From Enoplolaimus lenunculus (lineage: Eukaryota): a stretch of DNA of 64,000 nt. Below the pieces are notes generated by a model. That model worked only from the letters and a program-made list of their open reading frames with translations, was not told where the DNA came from and did no database searches. Position 1 is the first letter of the stretch. Every line of letters begins with the position of its first letter. A program made the position numbers and the translations under genes. The stretch lies in NCBI GenBank assembly GCA_030248215.1, contig JASANG010004131.1, forward strand, positions 62,001-126,000, in the 5' to 3' direction. Of this stretch, positions 52,446-64,000 are shown in pieces.

Positions 52446-52784
52446 TTTGAAATAAAGTCTAAAAATCATTGGATTAATGAAACATAAGGTCGTTTCCAGG
52501 TATGGTTAGAAAAATTATATTAAAGTCAGAAAAGCTTTCAAAAAATTATATTAAAGTCAGAAAAACTTTTCAGTTTTGTCATTGAAAATATGTTTCTGAA
52601 AAAGTTTACAAATATTTGAAATAAAGTCTAAAAATCATTGGATTAATGAAACAAAAGGTCGTTTCCAGGTATGGTTAGAAAAATTATATTAAAGTCAGAA
52701 AAGCTTTCAAAAAATTATATTAAAGTCAGAAAAACTTTTCAGTTTTGTCATTGAAAATATGTTTCTGAAAAAGTTTACAAATAC
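52446..52784. repeat. Tandem duplication, 2 x ~169 bp, each with an internal ~32-bp duplication
   Basis: TTTGAAATAAAGTCTAAAAATC... at 52446 and 52615. Related single copy near 61165-61400. Confidence 0.9.
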
Positions 52785-53691
52785 TTTTTTTCGTGTACAA
52801 ATCAAATTATAAACATATATACTATGTTTCCGATTTCATCCGGTCCATATTTATTTCTACCTATTCCTGATTTAACTTTTGTTGCGGTACTTTTACCGAA
52901 ACATACAGATTTGAGGACATATGTCGATGTTTCATCTTTTACAAGTTTTAAAAAATGTTTGGGCTATACATTAAACCTATCCAGGACCTGTCTGTCAAAA
53001 CGTCCATAATAATTACGTCACTGAGTGAAACTCAGAGCTAAACGTCAGTCGTTTCCCTGTGACAATAACTTAAACATATTTTGCGCGTTCCATGCCTCTG
53101 TTATTGCTTGCAGTCGACACTTTTAGCTATAATCAAAAAGCGCATTCCACAATATAAGATCTTATGATGTTTTCAGCTTATCGAAGCGTAACTTTAGCCA
53201 GAAGAATAACAGCTTGCAACCGCGCTTAACTCATGCAAGACAGAGATATTCTTGCGGGCAAAACCGCAGTAGTTTTAATCACTCAGCCTATTTAATTCGT
53301 TTATGGTTATAGGTTAGGATACTTGAAAATGAATGATAATTGGTTAGCGACTAAATTGGTAAAATATAGTAAAAAAATTGCACATAAAATATACTTAAAT
53401 AATTTGAGTCAAAAACTTTAAGTTAACATTAAGATTGTATTTACGTGATGATAGCAATTATCTCTCTGTTGACCGTGGTTTGCTGAAAATTTTTGGATGC
53501 AATTTTTCAACGAGAGCTGTCAGCGTATATCTTATTGAAGTAGCAGCGCATGCTGTTAATTATATTGGCCTGTTCACTAAGCCTAAGATTAAAGCTAAAC
53601 GTAAGCATAAACGCAAGCATAAACATAAGCCTAGTTCTAAACTTATGCCTATTCTTAAGGCTAAACCTATGGGTGTCTAAGTCCCCCAGCC

Positions 53692-53921
53692 GGCCCATGT
53701 ATAGAACAGGGCCGGATCGTTTTCCGGAGGGCTATAATAGAGTCAGTTTCAGCTTTAGACTAATTTTTTTGCTTAGGCTTAGGCTTAGGCTTAGGCTTAA
53801 GAGTAGGTAGGCTCTTCCATACGCTTAGGCTTAAGAGTAGGCTCTTCCATACGCTTAGGCTTAGGCTTAGGCTTAGGAATACGCTTATACTACTGTTCCG
53901 GCCCTGTTCTATACATGGGAC
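53692..53921. mobile_element. TTAGGC-containing MITE with internal duplication
   Basis: TIR GGCCCATGTATAGAACAGGGCCGGA, TSD CCCCAGCC/CTCCAGCC. Another copy follows at 54019-54182. Confidence 0.9.
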
Positions 53922-56340
53922 CTCCAGCCTATCCGCATATCAGTCGGTAGCCCCTATAAACGCGATTTAAAGTAGCTGTGCACTCGTACTGACTCCCATT
54001 AGAAACTTTGAATTATTTGGGCAATGTAAAGAACAGAGGCGCAACAGTATTATAAGCATACTCCTAAGCCTAAGCCTAAGCCTATATAAGCCAAAGCCAA
54101 GCAAAAAAATTAGTCTAAACCTTACACTTACAATATTCTAGTCCCGCAGAAAAACGTTCCGCCAATGATCTTTACATGTGCCAAATAATTTAACCTAAGT
54201 CCTCTAGAGTGATAAGTCTTTATTAAGAAAATGACTATTTATTAATTCAATTGCAGCCACTAAAATAAAAAATTTTGTCAACTGGTTCTCTGGTTCGACT
54301 AACAAGACAATCAACCATCATCTGTTAATACAACACGCTACTTTAACCTCTCAGTCAATGATTGAAACCTAATTATGCAATCAAATCTAAATCTAAACAC
54401 AAACGCCAATGTTAGGGTCGAAGAAAGGCGGAGATCTCATGAGAGACCACACGGAGAGACAAACAAGCCACTTCACACCTTCGAAGAATTCGCTCAAGTA
54501 GCTTGACGTTGAATAATTGCGATGATTAGACGAAATTGATTTGTGGACGCGCATTGGTGAATAGGTGACTTAGCTAGTGCCATTTGGCTTTTGATTCCTT
54601 GAACGCGTAAATTAATTGGAACCAACAAGGTTGAAACAATTAGAAATTTTTCGTTGGACTGCACAAGTTTAGAGTAAATTCAATGATGTAGAATTGTTGG
54701 CCCACTGTCTGGTTGACAACAGGTAGAAAACAGGAATAAACTGTGTAAAAGTTACCTGATATGTGTCCAAGTGCTATTGTAACAATGTCAAACAGCAACT
54801 CTTATGTTCCCGATTTAACTTTCAACCCCAACTAACAGATGCGGACATGTAACCAGAGAATGGCCATGGGGGCTCAGCCTAATCATGCAAAAATTTGCGC
54901 CCAGAAATTTTTAAAACTTGCTATCGCAAACGTTTGTATGCCCCTCCTAAAAATTTTCCAGCCCCCATGTTGACTGACGATAGGCTTAGACAGATCTCTA
55001 CCCAGCCAAAGCACAGCCACTAAAAATTAAAAGGAACTTGCCAATTAGTGAAAATATAGATCGGCATCTCAGTTTAAAGAGAGTAACGAAATTCTGTCAG
55101 CCTTCAAGTTTAATTGCTAAAATGTTCAACCTGAAACCGCAACCAGTTTTCAAAGTAGGATTGCTCAAATTAAAATGATTCTGATTCGCTCCGAACAATT
55201 TAAATAGTATCATGGTTCAGTTGAAAATGAAATTCAAAATGATATTTTGTACTCAGGGGCGCAGCCAAAGTTTTGTATCGCAGGTGTTAATAGGCAATAC
55301 AAAAATTTTAGAGACGGGTTTTTTTGTGCGTTACAAAATGACAAAGCAACCAAAACTCTAGTCACAGATTACAAAAGTCGTCATTTGGGGTTTGGATCCG
55401 CGTTGCCCATACGTTCTGGCTAGTGATGTATAGAACCAGTAAAAGGATAAACAATTTGACATTGTTATATCAAGCTGTCGTGTCGGCGGTCTGAGAGGTG
55501 CTAGATCTAAAGAAGCCATATGGCGGTTAGCGTTTAGCGCCTACGCTTTGTTAGAATTGCACCAATAATAATGCAGCCAAAATTACAATTATCTCGTAAT
55601 AATAGAACGCACAACATTCTTTGGGTTAAATTGAGTAAACTCATGCTGGTACTGCGCTATTTGCAATCAGTATGTATAGAATTTGCAAATAATCATTTAG
55701 TTTACAATTGAAGCTTTAAGCTGTAAATGCAAATATCATGGACCGTCAGGAGCTAATGAAAAAGTCTGGCCAATGTGGAAATTTTTTGGACCGAGCTAGG
55801 AGACAAGATGGCCCCAGTGGGCTGTGTAGTCATACTGGAAAAATTTTGACCCTCCAGAAAATATTACTTCGGCACCCAATGTTGAGCTAATTCTGAGTCT
55901 TAGTTCGAATGAAAAATAACAGCTCAATTGTGGTATATAACGATTAAAGCTTAAATGGTAAACTGAAACATTTTGAAACAAATTTTCCTATACTGAAACT
56001 AAAAAATTACGGTGACTAAACTTGAACAGCTTTAAAACGGCGCGGCTCCGGCGTAAAAAATCAAAGCCACGCTTTTTTAATTACCAAGTATTCAATATAT
56101 ATATTTCCACTTAATAGCTATACTCCAGCTATAAATAAGTAGCTTACTAGTCCCGGTGGACATTTAATTTGGTAAATTGCACAATGATATTACGTAACAG
56201 TTCAAGGGGCGGAGCATCAAAAACATAGGAGTCACAAGGGCTGGGCGGCGGAATAATGGTGAAAGAAATTGACGAGGGTTGCAAGCAAGAAGCAAAATAT
56301 AATTTAAGTATAATTTGTAACGGGTCGTTATCATTTTTGG

Positions 56341-56546
56341 GGCCCATGTATAGAACAGGGCCGGGTCGTTTTCCGAAGGGGCTATAATAGAGTCAGTTTA
56401 AGCTTTGGACCAATTTTTTTGCTTTAGGCGTAAGCTTAGGCTTAGGAATAGGCTCATTCATATGCTTAGGTTTAGGCTTCGGCTTAGGCTTCGGCTTAGA
56501 AATATGCTTATATACTACTGTTCCGGCCTTGTTCTATACATGGGCG
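56341..56546. mobile_element. TTAGGC-containing MITE
   Basis: GGCCCATGTATAGAACAGGGCCGG...CCGGCCTTGTTCTATACATGGGCG. Confidence 0.85.
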
Positions 56547-57095
56547 ATTTTTTTAATAAAATTTTCTCGGCACGAGAAAAGTTGGAATTGACACGGCAAA
56601 TCAAGGGTCCGTAGCCAGAGGTAGGCTGAGGGGGGGGGGCTGGTACAAGTTTTCAACTTACGTAAAATCCTTGAAAGGCTAATCTGAAATTATATTGAGC
56701 CCCCGAAACATATTTGGCTGTTTATGTCTTTAGCGAATCATATCACCCGACAAACTGGTCTATAAACACGTATCAAGAATCAATTGTGTATTATCAGTTA
56801 TTGCCTAGCAAACATTGTTCGATTTCAATGGTCAATTTTAGTTCGCTATTTCATGATTTCAGACGCTTGTGGCAAATATTTGTTCAATCTGTGCTTGCGT
56901 TAAGCTGGTTTACTATCTATAAACATTTAAAGGGTGGCGCATTTGAGATTAGAATCAATATTTAATTGGCGGTGAACGGACGCTTATAGCTAAACGGGGA
57001 ATTTTTGACCACAACGCACGCTGACTTGCATGAATTTAACACGCAGTGCTCAGTGTTACCTAAAGTTTCGGGTGTCTTTAAACGCTTGCTCGGTA

Positions 57096-57348
57096 CAGTG
57101 TAAATTCTAATGAGTTGATTAATCAATTCACAGAGAGAATTAGTTTTTTCTGGCTATTTCTGAGTTAATAACAGTAGATATTAACCGACTGCGAGTTGGT
57201 TTAATTCCGGGTGAGTTGGCAAATAAACTCACAGGATGAGTTAAATCAATTGAGATTCCTGAGTTCTGAAAGACGTAATTCAGAGCTCAGAGCTCTGAAT
57301 GGATTCAGCTCATTCTGAGTTAAAATCAACTCACTGGAATTTACAGTG
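57096..57348. mobile_element. CACTG-type MITE with GAGTT subrepeats
   Basis: TA|CAGTGTAAATTCTAATGAGTTGATT...AATCAACTCACTGGAATTTACAGTG|TA. Confidence 0.7.
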
Positions 57349-58478
57349 TAAAGTGGTAATTGTAATAAAAACTACTGGTACTCGTAGCCAATTGGGGATT
57401 GAAAGTTCAGCTTCGATGCGAAATTTTTTTGGCTCAAGTTAAACCAGTTTTAAACACGCTTGTGAGAAATGTGAATTTCTTGCATGATCATTACGAAATC
57501 CGTCACCTAACTTTTCGGCAGAGTTTAAAAGATTGCTCGGAAAAGTCGTAATTGTTATGAAAGCTACCAGAACTCGTAGCCAATAGGCGATGGGAGGTAC
57601 AGCTCGCTGCAGAAAATTTTGGTTCAAACTAAATCAGTTTTAACCACGCTTGTAAGATGAAAACGTTTAGCCCCTGGCACGTTGAACACAATACGGGCCT
57701 GAAACTAGCGCAGTTCACATTTTTGCTATTTTTATCTAAGTAAGGCACAACACAGTTGTGTCAATATTACTTAAATCACTATTTCTAAATAGTGTTTTGA
57801 ATGTAAAATTTCGATTCTAGACTGTCCTATAAAACCTTTTAGTCTGGTTTTCAAAAAATTAATTTTTCAATTTTCAAGTATAGAATTGTAAACATTAATA
57901 TTTTTAGCCACGACAACAAATCTTTTATATACTCGCGCTTTAAACCCGTTCATATGGAAAATGTTTCTATTTAAGCGTCATCGCTACCGTCCTGCACCTA
58001 AAATTAACAATAATGTTAAATATTATTATAGTTAGTTTTATATATATTGTTAAATAGACAGATACATATAATCGCAAAGATTAAAGACTGTTGCTTTAGT
58101 TGAACATCATGAAAACATAAAACAAATCTATTATAGCTTGTGACGGGGCGTGAGAAAATCTTACCAGTAGCAAGCAACTGCGCGTACCAATGGTGAAGGA
58201 AATTTTAAATTTTTGGTTGAAAGCTGAAATTATTCAGATTTTACCAGTTTGAAACGGTTCGGTCAAGGACGCACGAGTGTCTGTAAGATTCAATTACAGT
58301 CACCAGTAATTTAATGATTATAAATATTGAAAATGTCTGGTCGTAAAGCTTGAAAATAATAATTGGTAAATTGTATTTAATTCTTTCAATTTATTGAATT
58401 GTGCACTTTCTCACGGAGGCATTTCTATTTCTACTGTTACAATTATATGTTTGTGGCAATGTGCCTAAAAGTTGGTGG

Positions 58479-58664
58479 GGCCCATGTAAAGATCAGTTGC
58501 GGAACGTTTTTTTGAGGGACCAGAAAAAAATAAGCTAAGCTTTAGACTATTTTTTGCATGGCTTAGGCTTAGGCTTAGGCTTAGGAATATGCTCATTCTT
58601 ACGCTTAGGTTTAGGCTTAAGAATATCTTATAATAATGTTCTGCCCCTGTTCTTTACACTGGCT
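58479..58664. mobile_element. TTAGGC-containing MITE
   Basis: GGCCCATGTAAAG...CTTTACACTGGCT, perfect TSD GTTGGTGG. Confidence 0.9.
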
Positions 58665-58712
58665 GTTGGTGGTAATACGAATTAAGAAATCAAAACAAAT
58701 TGTCTGCTTGTA

Positions 58713-59056
58713 TTCTCTAAAAGCTTAAACTAACTTGATTTAAGCTTAAGCTAATCCACCGGTATTAAACTAACTTTTTAGATTAACTAAACTAACAGAT
58801 AGGTTTATGCTTAAACTCATTTAAAATCTTACATATTTTCAGTTCAAGCTAAATTTATTGAACTCTTTATACACGGCTGAACTTGTTACTTAATCTAAAA
58901 ATAAGCTTACTTAAACTCGTGTTAAAAACTTAAAAACATGTTAGTTCAAGTAAAACTTGAAATTCCAGTTTAGTTAGTCCGTCCAGCCATTTAAGTTTTA
59001 CTTAAACTGAAATTCAAGTTTAGTTAAGCTATAATTTAAGTTAAGTTTTTAGAGAG
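58713..59056. mobile_element. CACTCTAAAA-ended MITE, second copy
   Basis: Colinear with 24611-24954. Confidence 0.8.
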
Positions 59057-60845
59057 TATTTGTCTACGTACAATTCCCCATAAACAGTGTTTTAATTTTT
59101 TGTATTTCAGCATAACTTAGGCACAGAATATGCTGATGTCTTGAGTCTTGACATAAGCTAAGGTTTCAAATTAGGCTTAAGTTCGCATGTTGAAATGCGT
59201 ACAAAAACCTTATTGTTGTTAAGAATGGCAAATTTTACATGGTTGATGTACATAAAAGTAATTGGCATTGTGAATTTAATTTTCTGAAGCGTTTTTAAAC
59301 CCACAATGTATTAAGCTACCTCTGCAGGTCATCAGAGCTTTCTCTGTAAATCAAGATCTATCTACATAAAATAGGATAAAAAGACATTATATAATTTCTA
59401 ACTGCGAAATGGTTATATGTTTAATGCTTTTACTAAGATTCATGAACACATTCAAAAGCTTGTAAAAAATCGGAATTTGAAATGCGAAGGGAAACAAAAA
59501 TTAGGTAAATATAAAACAAAGTTGCTTTTATGAACAGCAGGGTTGCAGGGTACAATCGGTGCTGAAAAGCGGAGCCGGAGCCGAAGGTCAATAAACTTTG
59601 TCGTAACCGGAGGAAAACTTTACCGCGTAGCCGGAGGCGAACATTACGCCGTAGGCAGAGTCGGTTCATCCCATGTTTTGTTTGTTTTAATACGATGATT
59701 GCGACTTGTGTTATTTTGCAATTTTACTTCGAGAACCAGAAACATATTCAGTTTAGTGAACCTTGTTTAGGCATTCTACCTATAGCGTAAACACTTCTTA
59801 TCACCCTGTAAATACTTTAATACAAAATTGCTTAAACAACTATATTACTACTACCACTCGACCAAGCTTATTAAAATTTATCAGTTATAATTATATTCAC
59901 CTTGCCTATTAACAATTCTACAGCAGTAATCACTAGAACAAGAACCAGAATTTAACCAAATCGTCCGTGCATTCCACAGAGATACGGAAGAAAATTACTG
60001 GCGTCATGTCGCGAGAGACCAACTGAGGCGTGGCTGCAGTGTGACCCAAACGCCATTTGGCAAACGGACACGTCGTCGTAAACAAAAGCAACAAAAGAAA
60101 ATTTGCAAAACTTAACAACATCTGAGGTAGTAAATATGTGTTCTGCGTCATTGTCTGCGAGATTTTATTCGACGAATGCACCTGAACGAGAAAATGCCAT
60201 TAAAGTCGACAGTTATGCGAAACACGGGAGCAGTTGTACCCTCTTGGCAAAAATTTTAAATCAAAAAAATGGTTTAAGTTTCGACGTTATAGTTTCAAAA
60301 ATGTCAAACTTGACACATCCGTTTTCAAACTATTCTTCAGTCTGACCACCTCACTTGCACATTTCCACCAATATTCCGACGGCATCCACATAAATATATT
60401 ATGCTTGGTATAGCGTGCAGGTTTAAAAAGTATAGTGTTTATTTGTACGTAATTGGTTTTAAAGGTTTATGTTTGGCGTATACTTACAACGTTAGCTAAT
60501 TAAGCGCACAAAATCCCTATATTGCGTTGATGGAATTTTTAATTTTTAATTCGATTGCAGACTTGCAAAAATTACTGCAACTTAAATATGTATGCCATGG
60601 GTTGAATAATTAAACACGAAAAACTAAGCTTAATATAATTGAGATTCTGATTGCGTAAACCACGCCCATATATATACAATCTACGGTGCTCTCTTTTGTG
60701 CTTTTAGTTGGCAATTGAGCACCACAGGCAAGCATTGGCTGTTGGGTTTGGTTCAGATTTGTGGTTTACGAACGTAGATGCCATAGTTTAGCATTTTGCA
60801 ATATAAATATAGTAATGGAAACATAAAATTAACCATAAACATCAC

Positions 60846-61027
60846 GGCCCATGTATAGAACAGGGCCGGATCGTTTTCCGGAGGAGCTGTAAAAGAGTCA
60901 GTTTATACCTTAGACTAACTTTTTTGCTTAGGCTTAGGTTTAGGCTCAGGGGTAGGCTTAGGCTTATAGGCTAATGTTTAGGAATATGCTATATAACTAC
61001 TGTTCCGGGCCTGTTATATACATTGCC
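60846..61027. mobile_element. TTAGGC-containing MITE
   Basis: Family TIRs, TSD AACATCAC/AACATTAC. Confidence 0.85.
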
Positions 61028-61459
61028 AACATTACTATATGCATTTAAACAATGTTGTGTCTGGAGGGCAACGCAACTCTCTGAAGGTGCAAAAAACGCA
61101 AAGAACTTCTCTGGATAAAGCTTCACCGAACTTAACGATTGAAATACTACACTCAAAATAATATATCTGATATTTAAGAAAAAACTTCTTACATTTAAGA
61201 AATATGATTAGCAAGGTGCACTTGAAATGTATTTGTGTTATGACAGAAATGTTTTCAAAAAAGTTTTGAAATAAAGTCTGAAAATAAACGTTTCCCAGTT
61301 ACTTTTAGAAAAATTGTCTTAAATATCACAAAAACATTTCAGATTTGCTACAGAAAATACTGTTCTGAATAAATTCAAAATTACTTTTTTGTGTGTAGGA
61401 AAAAGTGTTTGTTACCAAGCTGAGCGACTGATAGGAAAGAAGCCATTGTAATGACTGCT

Positions 61460-61770
61460 AACCGAAACTGTTCCAAACTGATGTACAGGTTCCAATGTTC
61501 GAAATACGAATCCTATATAGGGACGCGGGAACAATTGTTTTCTAAAGCTGTCAGACAGGTCAGACGTGAATAAAACGGGTAGGCATTTTTTGACAATACA
61601 GTAAAAGTATTCAAATATATCTGGCTTTCTAAAATTTAGATGAAAAATGTCATGATTACACCAAAATTGTTTTGAGATATCCAACGACTGCAGCATATTG
61701 CGTTCATAACAATTAATAAACACATAAAAATTCAGTCGACAGACATATAGAGATTTTCAGCATTTCTAGA
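61460..61770 (+). pseudogene. Possible decayed GIY-YIG endonuclease fragment of a Penelope-like retroelement
   Basis: One frame reads SKLMYRFQCSKYESYIGTREQL (Y..F.C....YIG pattern), and a later segment reads NCFEI...KFSRQ with stops. Pattern recognition only. Confidence 0.35.
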
Positions 61771-62889
61771 ACGAAAGTAGAAAGGGAGATTGAAACGAAT
61801 ATCCGGTTTCACTCTGCAAAATATTAATGAATTTGCCCGCTTCACCCGGAATGACGATAACTTTTTAGGCCAGATTCATCCTTCCGGTTTAGCAGCACAC
61901 CACGGCGTGTAGTCTAATGGACGATTCAGACAGGTAAAATAAGTCTTACTTGAATTTTCTCTGATAGAAATTCAATAATACCTGTACTACCTGGTATATT
62001 GTGTTTTATATTGTCATGGTGCGCATTGATGCTTTCCGAACAATTTTGGCAAGACAGTGTTCGAACAAGCACTCGGCCCATACATATGTACTTATCATAA
62101 AGCGCATCAAATTAAGGCAGCATTTAAATGCGTTCTCACTGGAGTCTTGATCATCATCTCTATTGATAAAAATAGTACAAGGCTTAGGCTCAGGCCTAGT
62201 GATATGCTTATACTACTGTTACAGCCATCAAGTTGTATAGTATTGTATTTGTATTGTATTTGTTTTTTGAACAAATTAATGCATGTAGACATTACAAATA
62301 CAGAAAAGGAAACATCAGCATTGGTGCTCAATTAAGGCTAGAAAGGAAACGAAGTCCATTAACATCTTAACCTAAGTTTCGGTCGATTTTGAGAAATTTA
62401 GTAGATTCACTTCGGTCAGGCTATTCTTAAAAACTGAGACCGTAGGGCATAAACACAATTTCAACTAGTAAATTCCAAATATCAATTGTTGTTACACTTA
62501 TGACCCATAAGCAAACAGTTTGTGTTAAACTTTGGTTTTGTCAGTTTCTTAGGATTTCCACGCGTTCTGGTATTCATTCAGTGAATAGCTGAAAATGTTT
62601 AAATGTGCTATTGGTCCGTATCCTAAAGACTTGGAAACAGTGATGAGGTCAGCGCTGAGGCGACAAAGCTCTAGTGGATCTAGGTACAAATACTGTAGTC
62701 GTTCTTTATAACTTTACTGCAGGCATTTGCATGCTCTGAAACAGACGATTAGTGACATAACGTTGCACACGTTCTAACCTGTAACACAAGTACTAAAAAC
62801 TCGTATTGCTCGAAATATTGTAAAACATTGAACTGTTTTGTTTTTATATACGTTTTATGTAACTAGAACCTCAAACAAATTAACTCATT

Positions 62890-63010
62890 GGCCCATGTGA
62901 GTAAGCCTACTTTCTAGACTACATTTTTTGGTTAGTCTTAGGATTGGGCTTAGGTTTAGGTTTAAGAATGCGCTGAATCTGCTGTTGTGGCCCTATAAGC
63001 AACATTGGCC
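62890..63010. mobile_element. TTAGGC-family MITE (internally deleted)
   Basis: GGCCCATGT...ACATTGGCC, TSD AACTCATT/AAGTCATT. Confidence 0.8.
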
Positions 63011-64000
63011 AAGTCATTTATAATTGCATTATAGTGCGACACAATAAGTCCACTACAGTGAACTACATAGCTAGTCAGGTTTATAATTTAGAAAACTATT
63101 CCTTGCGAATTGGGCACGATAATCGTTTTGGCATATTTTGTTATCTGTTCAGTGATGAGAAAGCTTTGCGGTACATAGTACGCTCCCACAAAGCTTATTC
63201 TATGAGGTAGGTGGATGCATGTCGGCGATACCAGCCCATGCCGATCCCGATAAGGCACATCGGATAAAAGTTAACGCATATAGGAGACATAGAAGCTCTG
63301 CGTAAGCCAGAAAACAGAAAACACACGGAGAAACCCAGGTTCAATCGATGTAACACATAAGCACAGAATTAAGGTAGCTGATTGTAAGTCGACATAGGTG
63401 AATGTTAGCGAGCTGGACAGATTTTCAACAGTGATTACACAACTAAATTGACACGGTGGCCACAGTGCGAGCGCAATGGCAAATTGTCACGCTTGAGTGC
63501 TGTTTTTAAGTTGTCGGTCAAGGAACGCCCTTTGAGAAAACTGGTGGATATGATAGGCTGACGAGTGTAGATGACACTAGCTCATGCCGATGCTGCACAT
63601 CGGAGAATGGTTACAGTATACGTAGCAGAACCATAGAAGGCACATATTTATACAGCAGGCAGAATACACAGAAGAACCAAGATACATAAAGACCCTAAAG
63701 ATATATGTTGAGGTTCAACACATATGTAAGACTTCCCGAAGAACGCTCTTCATATTAGATATGCAATCACTTAAACGGTCGTAGTATCCTTACTTTACTA
63801 ATTTATCACATTCTATATATGTTGCATTTTTTATGTTTGTACGCTACTAGTGGCATACTTGTTGGATTACATATATAGCAAGTTGTTTTCATTAGTCCTG
63901 CTCTTTTAGTTATCATCGAAATAAAATACGCCATCGTTTGCCTTTTGTTTTTGCTACAAACACAGTTAACAAACTTTCAGTTAAGCAAGTTTAGAATTTT

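Noticed and set aside
53692..53921. (TTAGGC)n as true telomere or evidence of a nematode host
   Set aside because: Arrays are short, degenerate, in both orientations and enclosed by TIRs and TSDs. The splice acceptors are not uniformly TTTCAG.
59933..60345. Hydrophobic 82-aa and 80-aa ORFs in unique sequence
   Set aside because: No recognisable domain or linked exons.

Overview
AT-rich, intron-containing animal (probably invertebrate) genomic DNA, densely filled with short non-autonomous DNA transposons (MITEs), microsatellites and local tandem duplications. The host cannot be fixed from the sequence. Nearly all ORF-track entries are spurious. The only protein-coding genes I can support are two convergent (tail-to-tail) paralogues, each reconstructed from three coding exons with frame-compatible GT-AG junctions. 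Gene A (+): 26090-26651 / 29930-30342 / 33599-33637, 337 aa. Gene B (-): 49394-48779 / 48252-47948 / 47793-47683, 343 aa. Both look like intrinsically disordered BH3-only pro-apoptotic proteins. Each has an identical VPPDSGYFSP beta-TrCP-type phosphodegron (BIM-EL has SSGYFS), a PEIFxF(D/E) motif, one BH3 motif (LxxIGDE) and a hydrophobic C-terminal tail completed by a separate last exon. Gene A also has an LC8-type motif (DTGSQTE), a BAD-like KSRSAP site and a strikingly BAK-like BH3. Gene B has a BID-like BH3. The dominant repeat is a GG..CC-ended MITE with 8-bp target-site duplications and internal (TTAGGC)n, about two dozen copies. All family assignments come from motif recognition, not database searches.
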